Below are positions 37,674-46,217 of a stretch of DNA of 64,000 nucleotides, in pieces. This stretch comes from an uncultured Rhodospirillales bacterium. Lineage in GTDB: Bacteria > Pseudomonadota > Alphaproteobacteria > Rhodospirillales > JAPHRK01. The notes beneath the pieces are model-generated. The model saw only the letters and a program-made list of their open reading frames with translations, searched no databases and was not told where the DNA came from. Position numbers and translations under genes: made by a program. The stretch is from contig CBDUMN010000004.1 of assembly GCA_965368335.1 (NCBI GenBank), forward strand, positions 1,166 through 65,165, in the 5' to 3' direction. The number at the start of each line of letters is the position of its first letter. The first letter of the stretch is position 1.

Positions 37674-39665
37674 ATGAACAACCCCATACTTCACTCGAAC
37701 ACGGATCGGCCGGAGCCCCCGGGAATTGGGGAGGAAGAAACCGTCTGGCCCTCGCCACCCGGCCTCATCGCCTCCCTCATGGAGACGCGACGCAGCCGTT
37801 TAACCGTGGGAGCGCTTTGCCTACTCCTCATACCGATTATCCTGTGGCAATCCGGGGTATGGGCACATACCACGGCAGTTAGATCGCTAAAAAAGGAAGG
37901 CGACCAGCGGCTCGTGATTTATCGCTCAGCCCTGCAAAGCGAGTTTGAAAAGTATGAGTTCCACCCGGTTTTATTGGCCAGGGTCGACGATTTTGTCCGT
38001 CTTCTGATCACGCCGGAAGACAAACGCCAACGTGAATGGATCAACAGCCGCCTTGACGAGTTCAACTCCATCGCCAAAACATCGGCAACCTACCTGATGG
38101 ACAGAAACGGTCTCACGCTGGCATCGAGCAATTGGAAGTCGGAAACCTCATTCGTCGGCAAAAACTTCAGCTTCCGCCCCTACTTCATCGAAGCCATGAA
38201 AGGACGCAGCGGACGATATTTTGCACTCGGCACCACCTCGAACGAGCCCGGATACTATCTCTCTCATCCGGTACAGGCCGCAGGCGAAACGCTTGGTGTC
38301 ATCGTCGTTAAAGTGGGTGTGCAGCGGCTTGAGGAAGACTGGGCGGCCTCGAAAGACAAGGTCATGGTCAGCGACCAGGACGGAATCATTTTCATGTCCA
38401 GCAATCCCGCCTGGAAGTACAAAACACTTGCTCCCTTAAGCCAGGAAAGGCGTGAAGCGGTCCGCAAGACACGCAAATACAGCAACCAACCTCTATCCTC
38501 CCTACCGCAAATTTTTCGGGAACCTTATGAAGAAGGGGCCGAGGTCTTAACCCTTGGCGAAAGCACCTTAAACAAAAGCGAAACGGTGGCGGCGGCAAAA
38601 AATTATTTCTTCCAGACCATGGCGGTGCCCAACTCCGATTGGAAACTTCACCTACTTTCCGACATGAGCAGTGTACGACGCACCGTAGCCTATGCAGTTC
38701 TGATCACTTCCTTTGCGATCGTGATCGCTATCATGGTGGCACTCAACTGGGTCCAGCGACGCCTCGCCCTACGCGAGCGCCTTCTCCTCCAGCGTCAGGC
38801 TCAAAGGGCCCTCAGACGAGCCAACGACCAACTCGAAACCCGAGTTCACGACCGCACGGCGGACTTAAAAGCCAGCAACAAACGCTTAAAAGAGGAAATT
38901 TCCGAACGCCGCAAGGCCGAAGCAGACCTACGCCAAGCCCAGGACGAACTAATCCAGGCCAGCAAACTGGCCGCACTCGGGCAACTGGCGGCAGGCATCA
39001 ACCATGAAATGAACCAACCCCTAACCGCCATTCGCAGTTATTCAGACAATGCCCGCGTCTTGCTTGAGCGGGAAAGAACTGACGATGTGCGCAGTAATCT
39101 TGAACAAATTTCGGAACTGACAGCGCGCATCTCGGAGATTGCCAAACAACTGAAGGTCTTTTCGCGTAAAGCCGACGATGGCATGGAAGCCGTTGAGCTT
39201 TCGCAGGTCGTTAGCGACGCCCTGACGCTTCTTGGAACCGGCGGCAAGCTGACCGACATTGAAATCGTCAACCGCATCAACAAGGCGGATTTTCTCGCCA
39301 AGGCTAATCTTGTGCGTTTGGAACAGGTCTTCCTCAACTTGTTTGGCAATGCCCGCGACGCCATGCAGGACAGCACATCAAAGCGCCTGGAGATCGATGC
39401 CGAAGCGGACGATTTATGGATCCGCATCCTGGTGCGCGATACGGGAAGCGGTTTCGCCAAGGGGCAGGTGGAAAAGATTTTCGATCCCTTCTACACCACC
39501 AAAGAAGTCGGTCGTGGTCTCGGCCTCGGGCTCTCCATATCCTATCGAATCATTGAGGACTTCGGCGGCAAGCTCCGGGCCGCCAACCACCCCGATGGCG
39601 GTGCGGTCTTCCAGGTCGAACTGAAACGCGCTAAACAGCCCCCCATGGCGCAAGCAGGCGAATGA
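37674..39665 (+). CDS. dctB: C4-dicarboxylate sensor histidine kinase DctB type (2 TM, periplasmic Cache-like domain)
   Basis: 663 aa with two TM helices flanking a ~270-aa periplasmic domain. H-box GINHEMNQPL, N and G boxes (DTGSGF, GRGLGLGLS). Overlaps dctD by ATGA. Confidence 0.85.
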   Translation: MNNPILHSNTDRPEPPGIGEEETVWPSPPGLIASLMETRRSRLTVGALCLLLIPIILWQSGVWAHTTAVRSLKKEGDQRLVIYRSALQSEFEKYEFHPVLLARVDDFVRLLITPEDKRQREWINSRLDEFNSIAKTSATYLMDRNGLTLASSNWKSETSFVGKNFSFRPYFIEAMKGRSGRYFALGTTSNEPGYYLSHPVQAAGETLGVIVVKVGVQRLEEDWAASKDKVMVSDQDGIIFMSSNPAWKYKTLAPLSQERREAVRKTRKYSNQPLSSLPQIFREPYEEGAEVLTLGESTLNKSETVAAAKNYFFQTMAVPNSDWKLHLLSDMSSVRRTVAYAVLITSFAIVIAIMVALNWVQRRLALRERLLLQRQAQRALRRANDQLETRVHDRTADLKASNKRLKEEISERRKAEADLRQAQDELIQASKLAALGQLAAGINHEMNQPLTAIRSYSDNARVLLERERTDDVRSNLEQISELTARISEIAKQLKVFSRKADDGMEAVELSQVVSDALTLLGTGGKLTDIEIVNRINKADFLAKANLVRLEQVFLNLFGNARDAMQDSTSKRLEIDAEADDLWIRILVRDTGSGFAKGQVEKIFDPFYTTKEVGRGLGLGLSISYRIIEDFGGKLRAANHPDGGAVFQVELKRAKQPPMAQAGE

Positions 39666-41029
39666 CGGGAAGCTCAATGAACGACCAGGAGCAAATCTTT
39701 CTTATCGACGATGAAGAACATATCCGCAATTCGGGCAGCCAAACGCTCGAATTGGCCGGACTTTCCGTTCAATGTTTCGAGGATGCTTCGGCGGCCCTGC
39801 CCAAGCTCTCCCGCGCCTGGAACGGCGTAGTCGTCACCGATATCAAAATGCCCCGAATGGACGGGCTCACCTTTTTAAAAGCCGCCCTTGAAATCGACCA
39901 TCAATTACCAGTCATTCTAATCACCGGTCATGGCGATATTCCCATGGCTGTCGAAGCCATGCGTGACGGAGCTTACGATTTTCTTGAGAAGCCCTTTCCG
40001 GCTGACCGGTTGGTCGAACTGGTTAAGAGAGCCCTTGAGCGGCGCGAGTTGATCCTTGAAAATCGTCGGCTCAAAGACGAGTTGGAGGCCCAGAAGGCAA
40101 CGCGCGGCCCGGCGATTATCGGCAAGGCTCCGGCCATGGCCAAACTACGCGATACCATCGCCAACCTGGCCGATGCCGATTCGTCCGTTTTGATTATGGG
40201 CGGTACGGGAACCGGTAAAGAGCTGGTTGCCCGCTGTCTCCACGAAACGAGCCTGCGCCATCGCTGCCCGTTCGTCCCAATCAACTGCGCAGCCCTGCCC
40301 GAACACCTCTTTGAAAGTGAACTCTTCGGTCTGGAGGCCGGGGTCGAAGGGGCCGCTAAGCCGCGTCTCGGCAAAATCGAGCATGGTAACGGCGGCACCT
40401 TGTTTCTCGATGAAATCGAGTCCATGCCATCGAACCTTCAAGCCAAGCTGTTGAGGTTCATTCAAGAGCGTGAAATCTTTCGGGTTGGAGGCAACAAAGC
40501 CATCCCGATTAACATTCGCATCGTCACAGCAACCAAGACTGACCTAAAGCAAGCGGTCGTTGAGGGGGCTTTCCGCGAAGACCTTTATTACCGGTTGGAT
40601 GTTTCCCCTATCGCTCTACCGCCACTGAAAGAGCGCCGAGAAGACATCCCCTTGCTCTTTGCCCATTTTGTTCAGTTAGCCGCCCAGTCTTATGATCGCA
40701 GCGTTCCGCCGCTTGAGCAGGAACGCATGCAAACCCTATTGGCTTATGGATGGCCTGGCAACGTGCGTGAACTACGGAATACCGCAGAGCGATACGTCCT
40801 CGACCCGGAAGCCGATATTTTGGAAGAGGCTAAGGAAAACGGTGCGGAAGGCGTAAAAGAGGCCAACCTGTCCGAGCAAGTCCGCAACTTCGAAAAAAGC
40901 CTGATCGCCGAGCAACTGCGCCTCAACAAAGGGAACGTCAAAGCCACGATTGAAGCGCTTGGCCTACCGCGTAAAACCTTCTACGACAAAATGACCAAAT
41001 ACGGCCTCGACCGTAAGGACTTCGGCTAG
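39662..41029 (+). CDS. dctD: sigma-54-dependent response regulator (NtrC family), DctD type
   Basis: Receiver (LIDDEE ... VVTDIKMP), AAA+ domain with Walker A GGTGTGKE, a GAFTGA-loop equivalent (ESELFGLE), and a C-terminal Fis-type HTH. Confidence 0.9.
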   Translation: MTGSSMNDQEQIFLIDDEEHIRNSGSQTLELAGLSVQCFEDASAALPKLSRAWNGVVVTDIKMPRMDGLTFLKAALEIDHQLPVILITGHGDIPMAVEAMRDGAYDFLEKPFPADRLVELVKRALERRELILENRRLKDELEAQKATRGPAIIGKAPAMAKLRDTIANLADADSSVLIMGGTGTGKELVARCLHETSLRHRCPFVPINCAALPEHLFESELFGLEAGVEGAAKPRLGKIEHGNGGTLFLDEIESMPSNLQAKLLRFIQEREIFRVGGNKAIPINIRIVTATKTDLKQAVVEGAFREDLYYRLDVSPIALPPLKERREDIPLLFAHFVQLAAQSYDRSVPPLEQERMQTLLAYGWPGNVRELRNTAERYVLDPEADILEEAKENGAEGVKEANLSEQVRNFEKSLIAEQLRLNKGNVKATIEALGLPRKTFYDKMTKYGLDRKDFG

Positions 41030-41862
41030 CCTTTCTCTGTCTGAGCTTCAAGTAGCGCCTTAATCTCTCTCAACTCAGCCCGCAGAACCTCTATGTCGCC
41101 TTCGATGCGGTCGCCCTCATGGTGGATGGCCTCTTCTTCGGCAGCGCTCTGTATGTGCATGGCATCGACGATGATACCGATAAACAGGTTAAGAATGGCG
41201 AAGCTGGTTACCAGAATAAACGGCACAAAAAACGCCCAGGCGTAGGGAAAGGTTTCCATAACCGGACGAACGATGCCCATGGACCAGCTTTCCAGCGTCA
41301 TAATCTGGAAAAGCGTATACATGCTCTCCCCGATCGAGCCAAACCACTTGGGGAAGGCCTCGCCGAAATAGTTAGTCGTCAAAACAGCGCTGACATAGAA
41401 CAGCAGCATAATGATCGCACCGACCGACATGATGCCGGGTATGGCGGTGAACAGCGCCCCAATCACCCGACGCATCTGCGGCACGACGCTCATCAAACGG
41501 AGCGTTCGCAAAATCCGTAAGGCCCGCAAAACGCTCAGTTGACCCGATGTGGGGATCAACGCGATGCCGACAATAATAAAATCGAAAACATTCCAGCCGT
41601 TCTTAAAAAACTCGAGCCGACGCCAAAGCAATTTAGCCGAGACTTCGGCAACGAAAACCCAAAGCACGAAATGATCGAAAAGGTCGAGCGCCGTTCCGTA
41701 CTCGACCACCCAGTCGGGCTCTGTCTGGATACCCAGGGTGATGGCGTTCAAGACGATCAGGAGGGTGATAAAACGTTGGATGGGCTTTCCCTCAGCGGCC
41801 CTCCCCATGCGCTCGATAATGCTCATGCCTTGCTTTGCCTGTAGTAGCAAAAATGAATCCAA
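41026..41862 (-). CDS. voltage-gated sodium channel, BacNav (NaChBac/NavAb) family
   Basis: Single 6-TM repeat. S4 segment LRALRILRTLRLMSVVPQMRR, selectivity filter FQIMTLESWSMGIVRPV, and a C-terminal coiled coil. The start may be the second Met (41826). Confidence 0.9.
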   Translation of the reverse strand: MDSFLLLQAKQGMSIIERMGRAAEGKPIQRFITLLIVLNAITLGIQTEPDWVVEYGTALDLFDHFVLWVFVAEVSAKLLWRRLEFFKNGWNVFDFIIVGIALIPTSGQLSVLRALRILRTLRLMSVVPQMRRVIGALFTAIPGIMSVGAIIMLLFYVSAVLTTNYFGEAFPKWFGSIGESMYTLFQIMTLESWSMGIVRPVMETFPYAWAFFVPFILVTSFAILNLFIGIIVDAMHIQSAAEEEAIHHEGDRIEGDIEVLRAELREIKALLEAQTEKG

Positions 41863-41927
41863 CTCCGGCGATCAAATAGTCGGACGGCTGACAAAAAGCA
41901 AGTCTTGGAAAAAAACATCGAGCCATG

Positions 41928-41980
41928 CATGTGCGGAAAGTCACACATGCAAAAATCGGATATGTGCGGAAATCCGCACA
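41928..41980. promoter_or_regulatory. two tandem palindromic sites, candidate DctD upstream activator sequences
   Basis: Site 2 is a perfect 18-bp palindrome TGTGCGGAAATCCGCACA (41963-41980). Site 1 is the related imperfect CATGTGCGGAAAGTCACACATG (41928-41949). They lie about 80-130 bp upstream of the sigma-54 promoter. Confidence 0.65.
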
Positions 41981-42059
41981 AAACAGTTAAAACCCGCAGA
42001 AAACCTTGTGAAATCAGGCAGGTTTTCATCAAAAGTTCTTATCTCTCTTCCAACTCTCA

Positions 42060-42075
42060 TGGAATCCTTTTTGCG
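42060..42075 (+). promoter_or_regulatory. sigma-54 (-24/-12) promoter of dctPQM
   Basis: TGGAATCCTTTTTGCG has GG and GC in canonical spacing (TGGCAC-N5-TTGC). It lies 63 nt upstream of the dctP ATG and downstream of the UAS palindromes, next to an NtrC-family activator gene. Confidence 0.7.
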
Positions 42076-42137
42076 CATTCCAAAGCAAGCGCCGTCAGGG
42101 AGGCGGTGCCTTTGAGTTTTTCTAGGGAGTAGAAAAT

Positions 42138-43124
42138 ATGCGCATTTTAAAAGCCGGTGTTGCTCTGGCTGCTCTGATGATTGCCGCGGCCCCGGCCGCT
42201 CAGGCGAAAGAAATCGTCATTAAGTTCTCGCATGTGGTTGCCGAGAACACCCCGAAAGGCCAGATGGCCAACAAATTCCGCGACTTGATCGCCGAACGTC
42301 TGGCGGGCAAAGTGAAAGTCGAAGTTTATCCGAACTCACAGCTGTTCACCGATGGCAAGGTTCTCGAAGCCATGCTGCTGGGCGATGTCCAACTGGCTGC
42401 TCCGTCGCTGTCGAAGTTCAAAAAGTACACCAAGAAGCACCAGTTGTACGATCTTCCGTTCCTGTTCAAAGACATGACCGCGGTTGAAAAATTCCAAAAG
42501 GGCCCGGCCGGTCAAGAGCTTCTGCAGGCCGCCCGCAAAAAGGGCCTCATCGGCCTTGGCTACCTGCATAACGGCTTGAAGCAACTTTCTTCCTCAAAAC
42601 CGTTGAAAGTTCCAGCCGACGCCAATGGTCTGAAATTCCGCATTATGACCTCAGACGTACTGCAGGCTCAGTTTGAAGCGGTGAACGCCAACCCGCTGAA
42701 GAAGCCTTTCTCGGAAGTCTTCACCCTGCTGCAAACCAAGGCCATCGACGGTCAGGAAAACACTTGGTCGAACATCTACTCCAAGAAGTTCTTCGAAGTG
42801 CAGGACTACATCACCGAATCCAACCACGGTGTCCTGGACTATATGGTCGTAACCTCCGCCGAATTCTGGGATAGCCTACCTGACGGTATCCGTGAAACCG
42901 TCAAAGTATCTCTCGATGAAGCCATTGCTCTGGGCAACAAAGTTGCCGCAGGCAAAGCGGTCACTGATCGTCAGAAAATTATCGATAGCGGCCGTTCCAA
43001 GGTCCTCCAGTTGACCGACGCCGAGCGTCAACAGTGGGTGGAAGCCATGAAGCCGGTCTGGGCCAAGTTTGAAGACCAGATTGGCAAAGACCTGATCGAC
43101 GCAGCGATTAAGTCCAATATGTAA
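42138..43124 (+). CDS. dctP: TRAP transporter solute-binding subunit, DctP family
   Basis: 328 aa with a signal peptide. KFSHVVAENTPKGQ and a pattern typical of DctP-type SBPs. Confidence 0.9.
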   Translation: MRILKAGVALAALMIAAAPAAQAKEIVIKFSHVVAENTPKGQMANKFRDLIAERLAGKVKVEVYPNSQLFTDGKVLEAMLLGDVQLAAPSLSKFKKYTKKHQLYDLPFLFKDMTAVEKFQKGPAGQELLQAARKKGLIGLGYLHNGLKQLSSSKPLKVPADANGLKFRIMTSDVLQAQFEAVNANPLKKPFSEVFTLLQTKAIDGQENTWSNIYSKKFFEVQDYITESNHGVLDYMVVTSAEFWDSLPDGIRETVKVSLDEAIALGNKVAAGKAVTDRQKIIDSGRSKVLQLTDAERQQWVEAMKPVWAKFEDQIGKDLIDAAIKSNM

Positions 43125-43247
43125 TGTCATAAATCTACGGCCGATCCGACTTAACGGATCGGCCGTTTTCTTTTATTCGTTAAATTGGGGCGCAGCCCCA
43201 TCTCAATTGAACGATTCATTCCAGCCATCCTTTGGGGGAATTGCGTT

Positions 43248-43904
43248 ATGGTTGCAAAGGTCGCAGACCGGATCGAGGAAGGGATCATCTCCCTGCTTCT
43301 CGTTGGGATGACGCTTTTGGTTTTTATGGAAGTCGTGCTGCGGTTCGGCTTCAATCAGAGTATTCACTGGGCGGAAGAAATGACTCTGCTTCTCGCAGGG
43401 TGGTTTGTCCTCTACGGGGCATCTTACGGTGTAAAAGTCGGGGCGCATATCGGTGTTGATGCCGTCGTGCGGCTACTCACCCCCGGAACTCGCCGTCTTG
43501 TCAGTGTTTTTGCCGTCGTCCTTTGCCTTGCCTACTGCCTCTTACTGATCCTCGGCAGTTGGGAATATCTCGCCAAAATCTACAAAATCGGCATCACCAT
43601 CGAAGACACGCGCATTCCGGGCTTCCTGCTCGCTCCGTTTGGCGAAGATTTCCTTTGGGAAACTCTTCGCATCGATACAGAAGATCCCATCGTTCCCCAG
43701 TGGATGGCACATAGCATTTTGCTCATTGGTTACGCCCTTTTGGCGTATCGATTCATTCAACTTGGCTGGAAATTCATCAAAGGAGAAGCCGAAGGCTTCC
43801 ACTTTGCCGACGAGGCTGAAGAGGCACTTGAAGAGTTGCATATTCATGAAGACGCCGAAAAACGTAAAGCTCAGCACCTAAGCCAGGAAGGAGAAAACAA
43901 ATGA
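43248..43904 (+). CDS. dctQ: TRAP transporter small permease DctQ (with ~45-aa acidic C-terminal tail)
   Basis: Start trimmed to MVAKVADRIEEG. 4 TM helices; lies between dctP and dctM and overlaps dctM by 4 nt. Confidence 0.85.
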   Translation: MVAKVADRIEEGIISLLLVGMTLLVFMEVVLRFGFNQSIHWAEEMTLLLAGWFVLYGASYGVKVGAHIGVDAVVRLLTPGTRRLVSVFAVVLCLAYCLLLILGSWEYLAKIYKIGITIEDTRIPGFLLAPFGEDFLWETLRIDTEDPIVPQWMAHSILLIGYALLAYRFIQLGWKFIKGEAEGFHFADEAEEALEELHIHEDAEKRKAQHLSQEGENK

Positions 43905-45301
43905 CTATTGCCTTCCTGTTTGTCGCCCTCTTTGGCTGCATGTTCTTGGGTGTGCCCATTGCGGTCGCCTTAGGTCTATCGAGCGTAGCAACCATTCTCC
44001 TGTTTTCCGAAGACGGCCTGGCCTCAGTGGCGCTCAAAATGTTCGCCAACGCATCCGAGCACTACACCCTGCTGGCCATTCCCTTCTTCATTCTCTCTTC
44101 GGCCTTTCTTTCTACCGGCGGCGTTGCGAAACGCCTCATTCGCTTCGCCATCTCCGTGGTCGGCCACATCAAGGGCGGCCTGGCTATGGCGTCGGTTCTC
44201 GCCTGCATGTTGTTTGCCGCCGTTTCCGGCTCCTCACCGGCCACCGTGGCGGCCATTGGCTCCATTGTCATCGTCGGCATGGTCAAGGCAGGCTATCCGA
44301 AAGCCTTCGGCGCAGGCGTCATCGCCAATGCCGGCACACTGGGCATCCTGATCCCGCCAAGTATCGTCATGTTGGTTTATTCGGCGGCTACCGAAGAATC
44401 GGCGGCCCGTATGTTCATGGCCGGTTTCATACCGGGCATTTCCATGGGTCTCCTGCTGATGGTCGCTATTTACATCATGGCGCGCATCAAGGGTCTCCCC
44501 TCACAGCCGTTTGCCGGTCTCGGCGAAATCGCCCGGTCCTGCATATCCGCCATGGGCGGCATCATGCTCATCGTTATCGTACTGGGCTCCATTTACGGCG
44601 GTGTCGCCAGCCCGACGGAAGCTGCTGCCGTATCGGCGGTTTACGCCTTCATGATCGCCACCATGGGCTATCGGGACATGGGACCACTGGCCACAGTACC
44701 CTGGCTCAAGCAAGGTGAAAATATCGGCTCGGCAACGGTTCGCAACCTGATACAGACCGCTTGGGCCCTGCCCAAAATGATTAACGACCCAGAAGTCCGC
44801 AAAGTAGTCATGGATGCGGCAAAGGTTTCGATCATGCTGCTGTTCATCATCGCCAACGCGATGCTGTTCGCCCATGTATTGACCACCGAGCGCATCCCCC
44901 ACCACATTGCAGAAGCTATCGTCGGCTGGGGTCTGCCTGCATGGGGCTTCCTAATTGTGATGAACCTGCTGCTGCTGGCCGCAGGGAACTTCATGGAGCC
45001 TTCCGCAATCATTCTGATCATGGCGCCGATCCTCTTCCCCATCGCGGTCAAGCTCGGCATCGATCCCATCCACCTGGGCATCATCATGGTGGTCAATATG
45101 GAAATCGGCATGATCACGCCGCCTGTGGGCTTGAACCTCTTCGTTACGGCGGGCATCACCGGCGAGTCTATCGGCTGGGCCATCAAGGCGGCCTTACCTT
45201 GGCTGTCGCTGCTGCTGATCTTCCTGGTGCTCATCACCTATATTCCACAGATCAGCCTGTTCCTGCCGGAATTCATCGATGAGATGCAAGGCTACAAGTA
45301 G
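43901..45301 (+). CDS. dctM: TRAP transporter large permease DctM
   Basis: 466 aa with about 12 TM helices, following the DctM pattern throughout. Confidence 0.9.
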   Translation: MTIAFLFVALFGCMFLGVPIAVALGLSSVATILLFSEDGLASVALKMFANASEHYTLLAIPFFILSSAFLSTGGVAKRLIRFAISVVGHIKGGLAMASVLACMLFAAVSGSSPATVAAIGSIVIVGMVKAGYPKAFGAGVIANAGTLGILIPPSIVMLVYSAATEESAARMFMAGFIPGISMGLLLMVAIYIMARIKGLPSQPFAGLGEIARSCISAMGGIMLIVIVLGSIYGGVASPTEAAAVSAVYAFMIATMGYRDMGPLATVPWLKQGENIGSATVRNLIQTAWALPKMINDPEVRKVVMDAAKVSIMLLFIIANAMLFAHVLTTERIPHHIAEAIVGWGLPAWGFLIVMNLLLLAAGNFMEPSAIILIMAPILFPIAVKLGIDPIHLGIIMVVNMEIGMITPPVGLNLFVTAGITGESIGWAIKAALPWLSLLLIFLVLITYIPQISLFLPEFIDEMQGYK

Positions 45302-45335
45302 TCCCAAAACCGTCAAACTTTGACGCCTGACACTA

Positions 45336-45370
45336 GGCCGCTTCGGAAAACCCGAAGCGGCCTCTTTTTT
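45336..45370 (+). terminator. rho-independent terminator of dctPQM
   Basis: GGCCGCTTCGG-AAAAC-CCGAAGCGGCC followed by TCTTTTTT. Confidence 0.85.
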
Positions 45371-45421
45371 GCCCGAATACATGGCTCTGTGGTAATGGGG
45401 TAAGAGAGAGATACCCCCGGC

Positions 45422-46087
45422 TTATGCCGTTAGCAATTCTGGGGTTTCGCAGCCTTGGGCGCGGAAATTTTGTATTTTATGCCGCTGGACCCCAAGCGCC
45501 GCCATCTCTTCTTTTAAGGTTTGCAAAGCAGCCTCGGTAAGCAAGGCCGGATGAACCGTCGTTCGTATTTCATAGGAAACACCCGCTTCAAGCAGCATGA
45601 GAAGACTTTTCCTCGCCTTACGCTCACTTCCTGGCGTTTTCGTCAACTCATCATAACCACCAAACGGCGCTTTAACATCAAAACCGACCCAATCGACCAA
45701 TGGCAGAACCCGCTTTAAGGTGTCCGGATAGGGCCCCGCAGTATGCAGCCCTACCGAAAACCCAAGGTCACGGACAACCTTCATGGCGGCAGGCAAATCT
45801 CGCTGCAAGGTCGGCTCACCGCCTGAAAAAACCACCGCATCAAGCAGTCCACGGCGACGCTTCAGAAAAACCTCAATCTCCGGCCAGGACAAAACCGTCG
45901 GAGTTGCGGCTTCAAGCAGATGCGGATTGTGGCAGTAAGGGCAGCGCCAAGGACAACCCTGAAGAAACACCGTGGCAGCAAGCTTACCCGGCCAATCACA
46001 AGACGACCACCGGGCAAACCCTCCAATCCTTAGTTCAATTTCACTCACCGTCGGATTCGTTAAAATAAACCCGTTCGTGAAACTCAC
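45422..46087 (-). CDS. nrdG: anaerobic ribonucleotide reductase activating protein (radical SAM)
   Basis: Cluster motif GCPWRCPYCHN and VVFSGGEPT. The longest ORF starts at GTG 46087. A GTG at 46048 overlapping the upstream small-ORF stop (GTGAGTGA) is an alternative start. Confidence 0.9.
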   Translation of the reverse strand: MSFTNGFILTNPTVSEIELRIGGFARWSSCDWPGKLAATVFLQGCPWRCPYCHNPHLLEAATPTVLSWPEIEVFLKRRRGLLDAVVFSGGEPTLQRDLPAAMKVVRDLGFSVGLHTAGPYPDTLKRVLPLVDWVGFDVKAPFGGYDELTKTPGSERKARKSLLMLLEAGVSYEIRTTVHPALLTEAALQTLKEEMAALGVQRHKIQNFRAQGCETPELLTA

Positions 46088-46211
46088 CCTGTTTTCCCCG
46101 GTTAAAGGAACTCATGGGGCGGTGATAGCCCATGACACGGGTCCAGACCTCACAAGGCTGCCGCTCATCGTTGCTGAGTTCGATCTGAGTTTCAGGTAAA
46201 ATATGGTTCAT
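46041..46211 (-). CDS. stand-alone 56-aa ORF carrying the class III RNR glycyl-radical motif
   Basis: Not in the ORF track (<60 aa). ATG 46211 is preceded by AAGGAG (9-nt spacer). Translation: MNHILPETQIELSNDERQPCEVWTRVMGYHRPMSSFNRGKQGEFHERVYFNESDGE. RVxGY...FNxGKQxE is the NrdD C-terminal glycyl-radical signature. Confidence 0.7.
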   Translation of the reverse strand: MNHILPETQIELSNDERQPCEVWTRVMGYHRPMSSFNRGKQGEFHERVYFNESDGE

Positions 46212-46217
46212 GCGGAA

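Noticed and set aside
41738-42132. Plus-strand ORFs of 125 and 75 aa upstream of dctP
   Set aside because: They overlie the BacNav 5' end, the UAS palindromes and the sigma-54 promoter. They have no RBS and their sequence is low-complexity.
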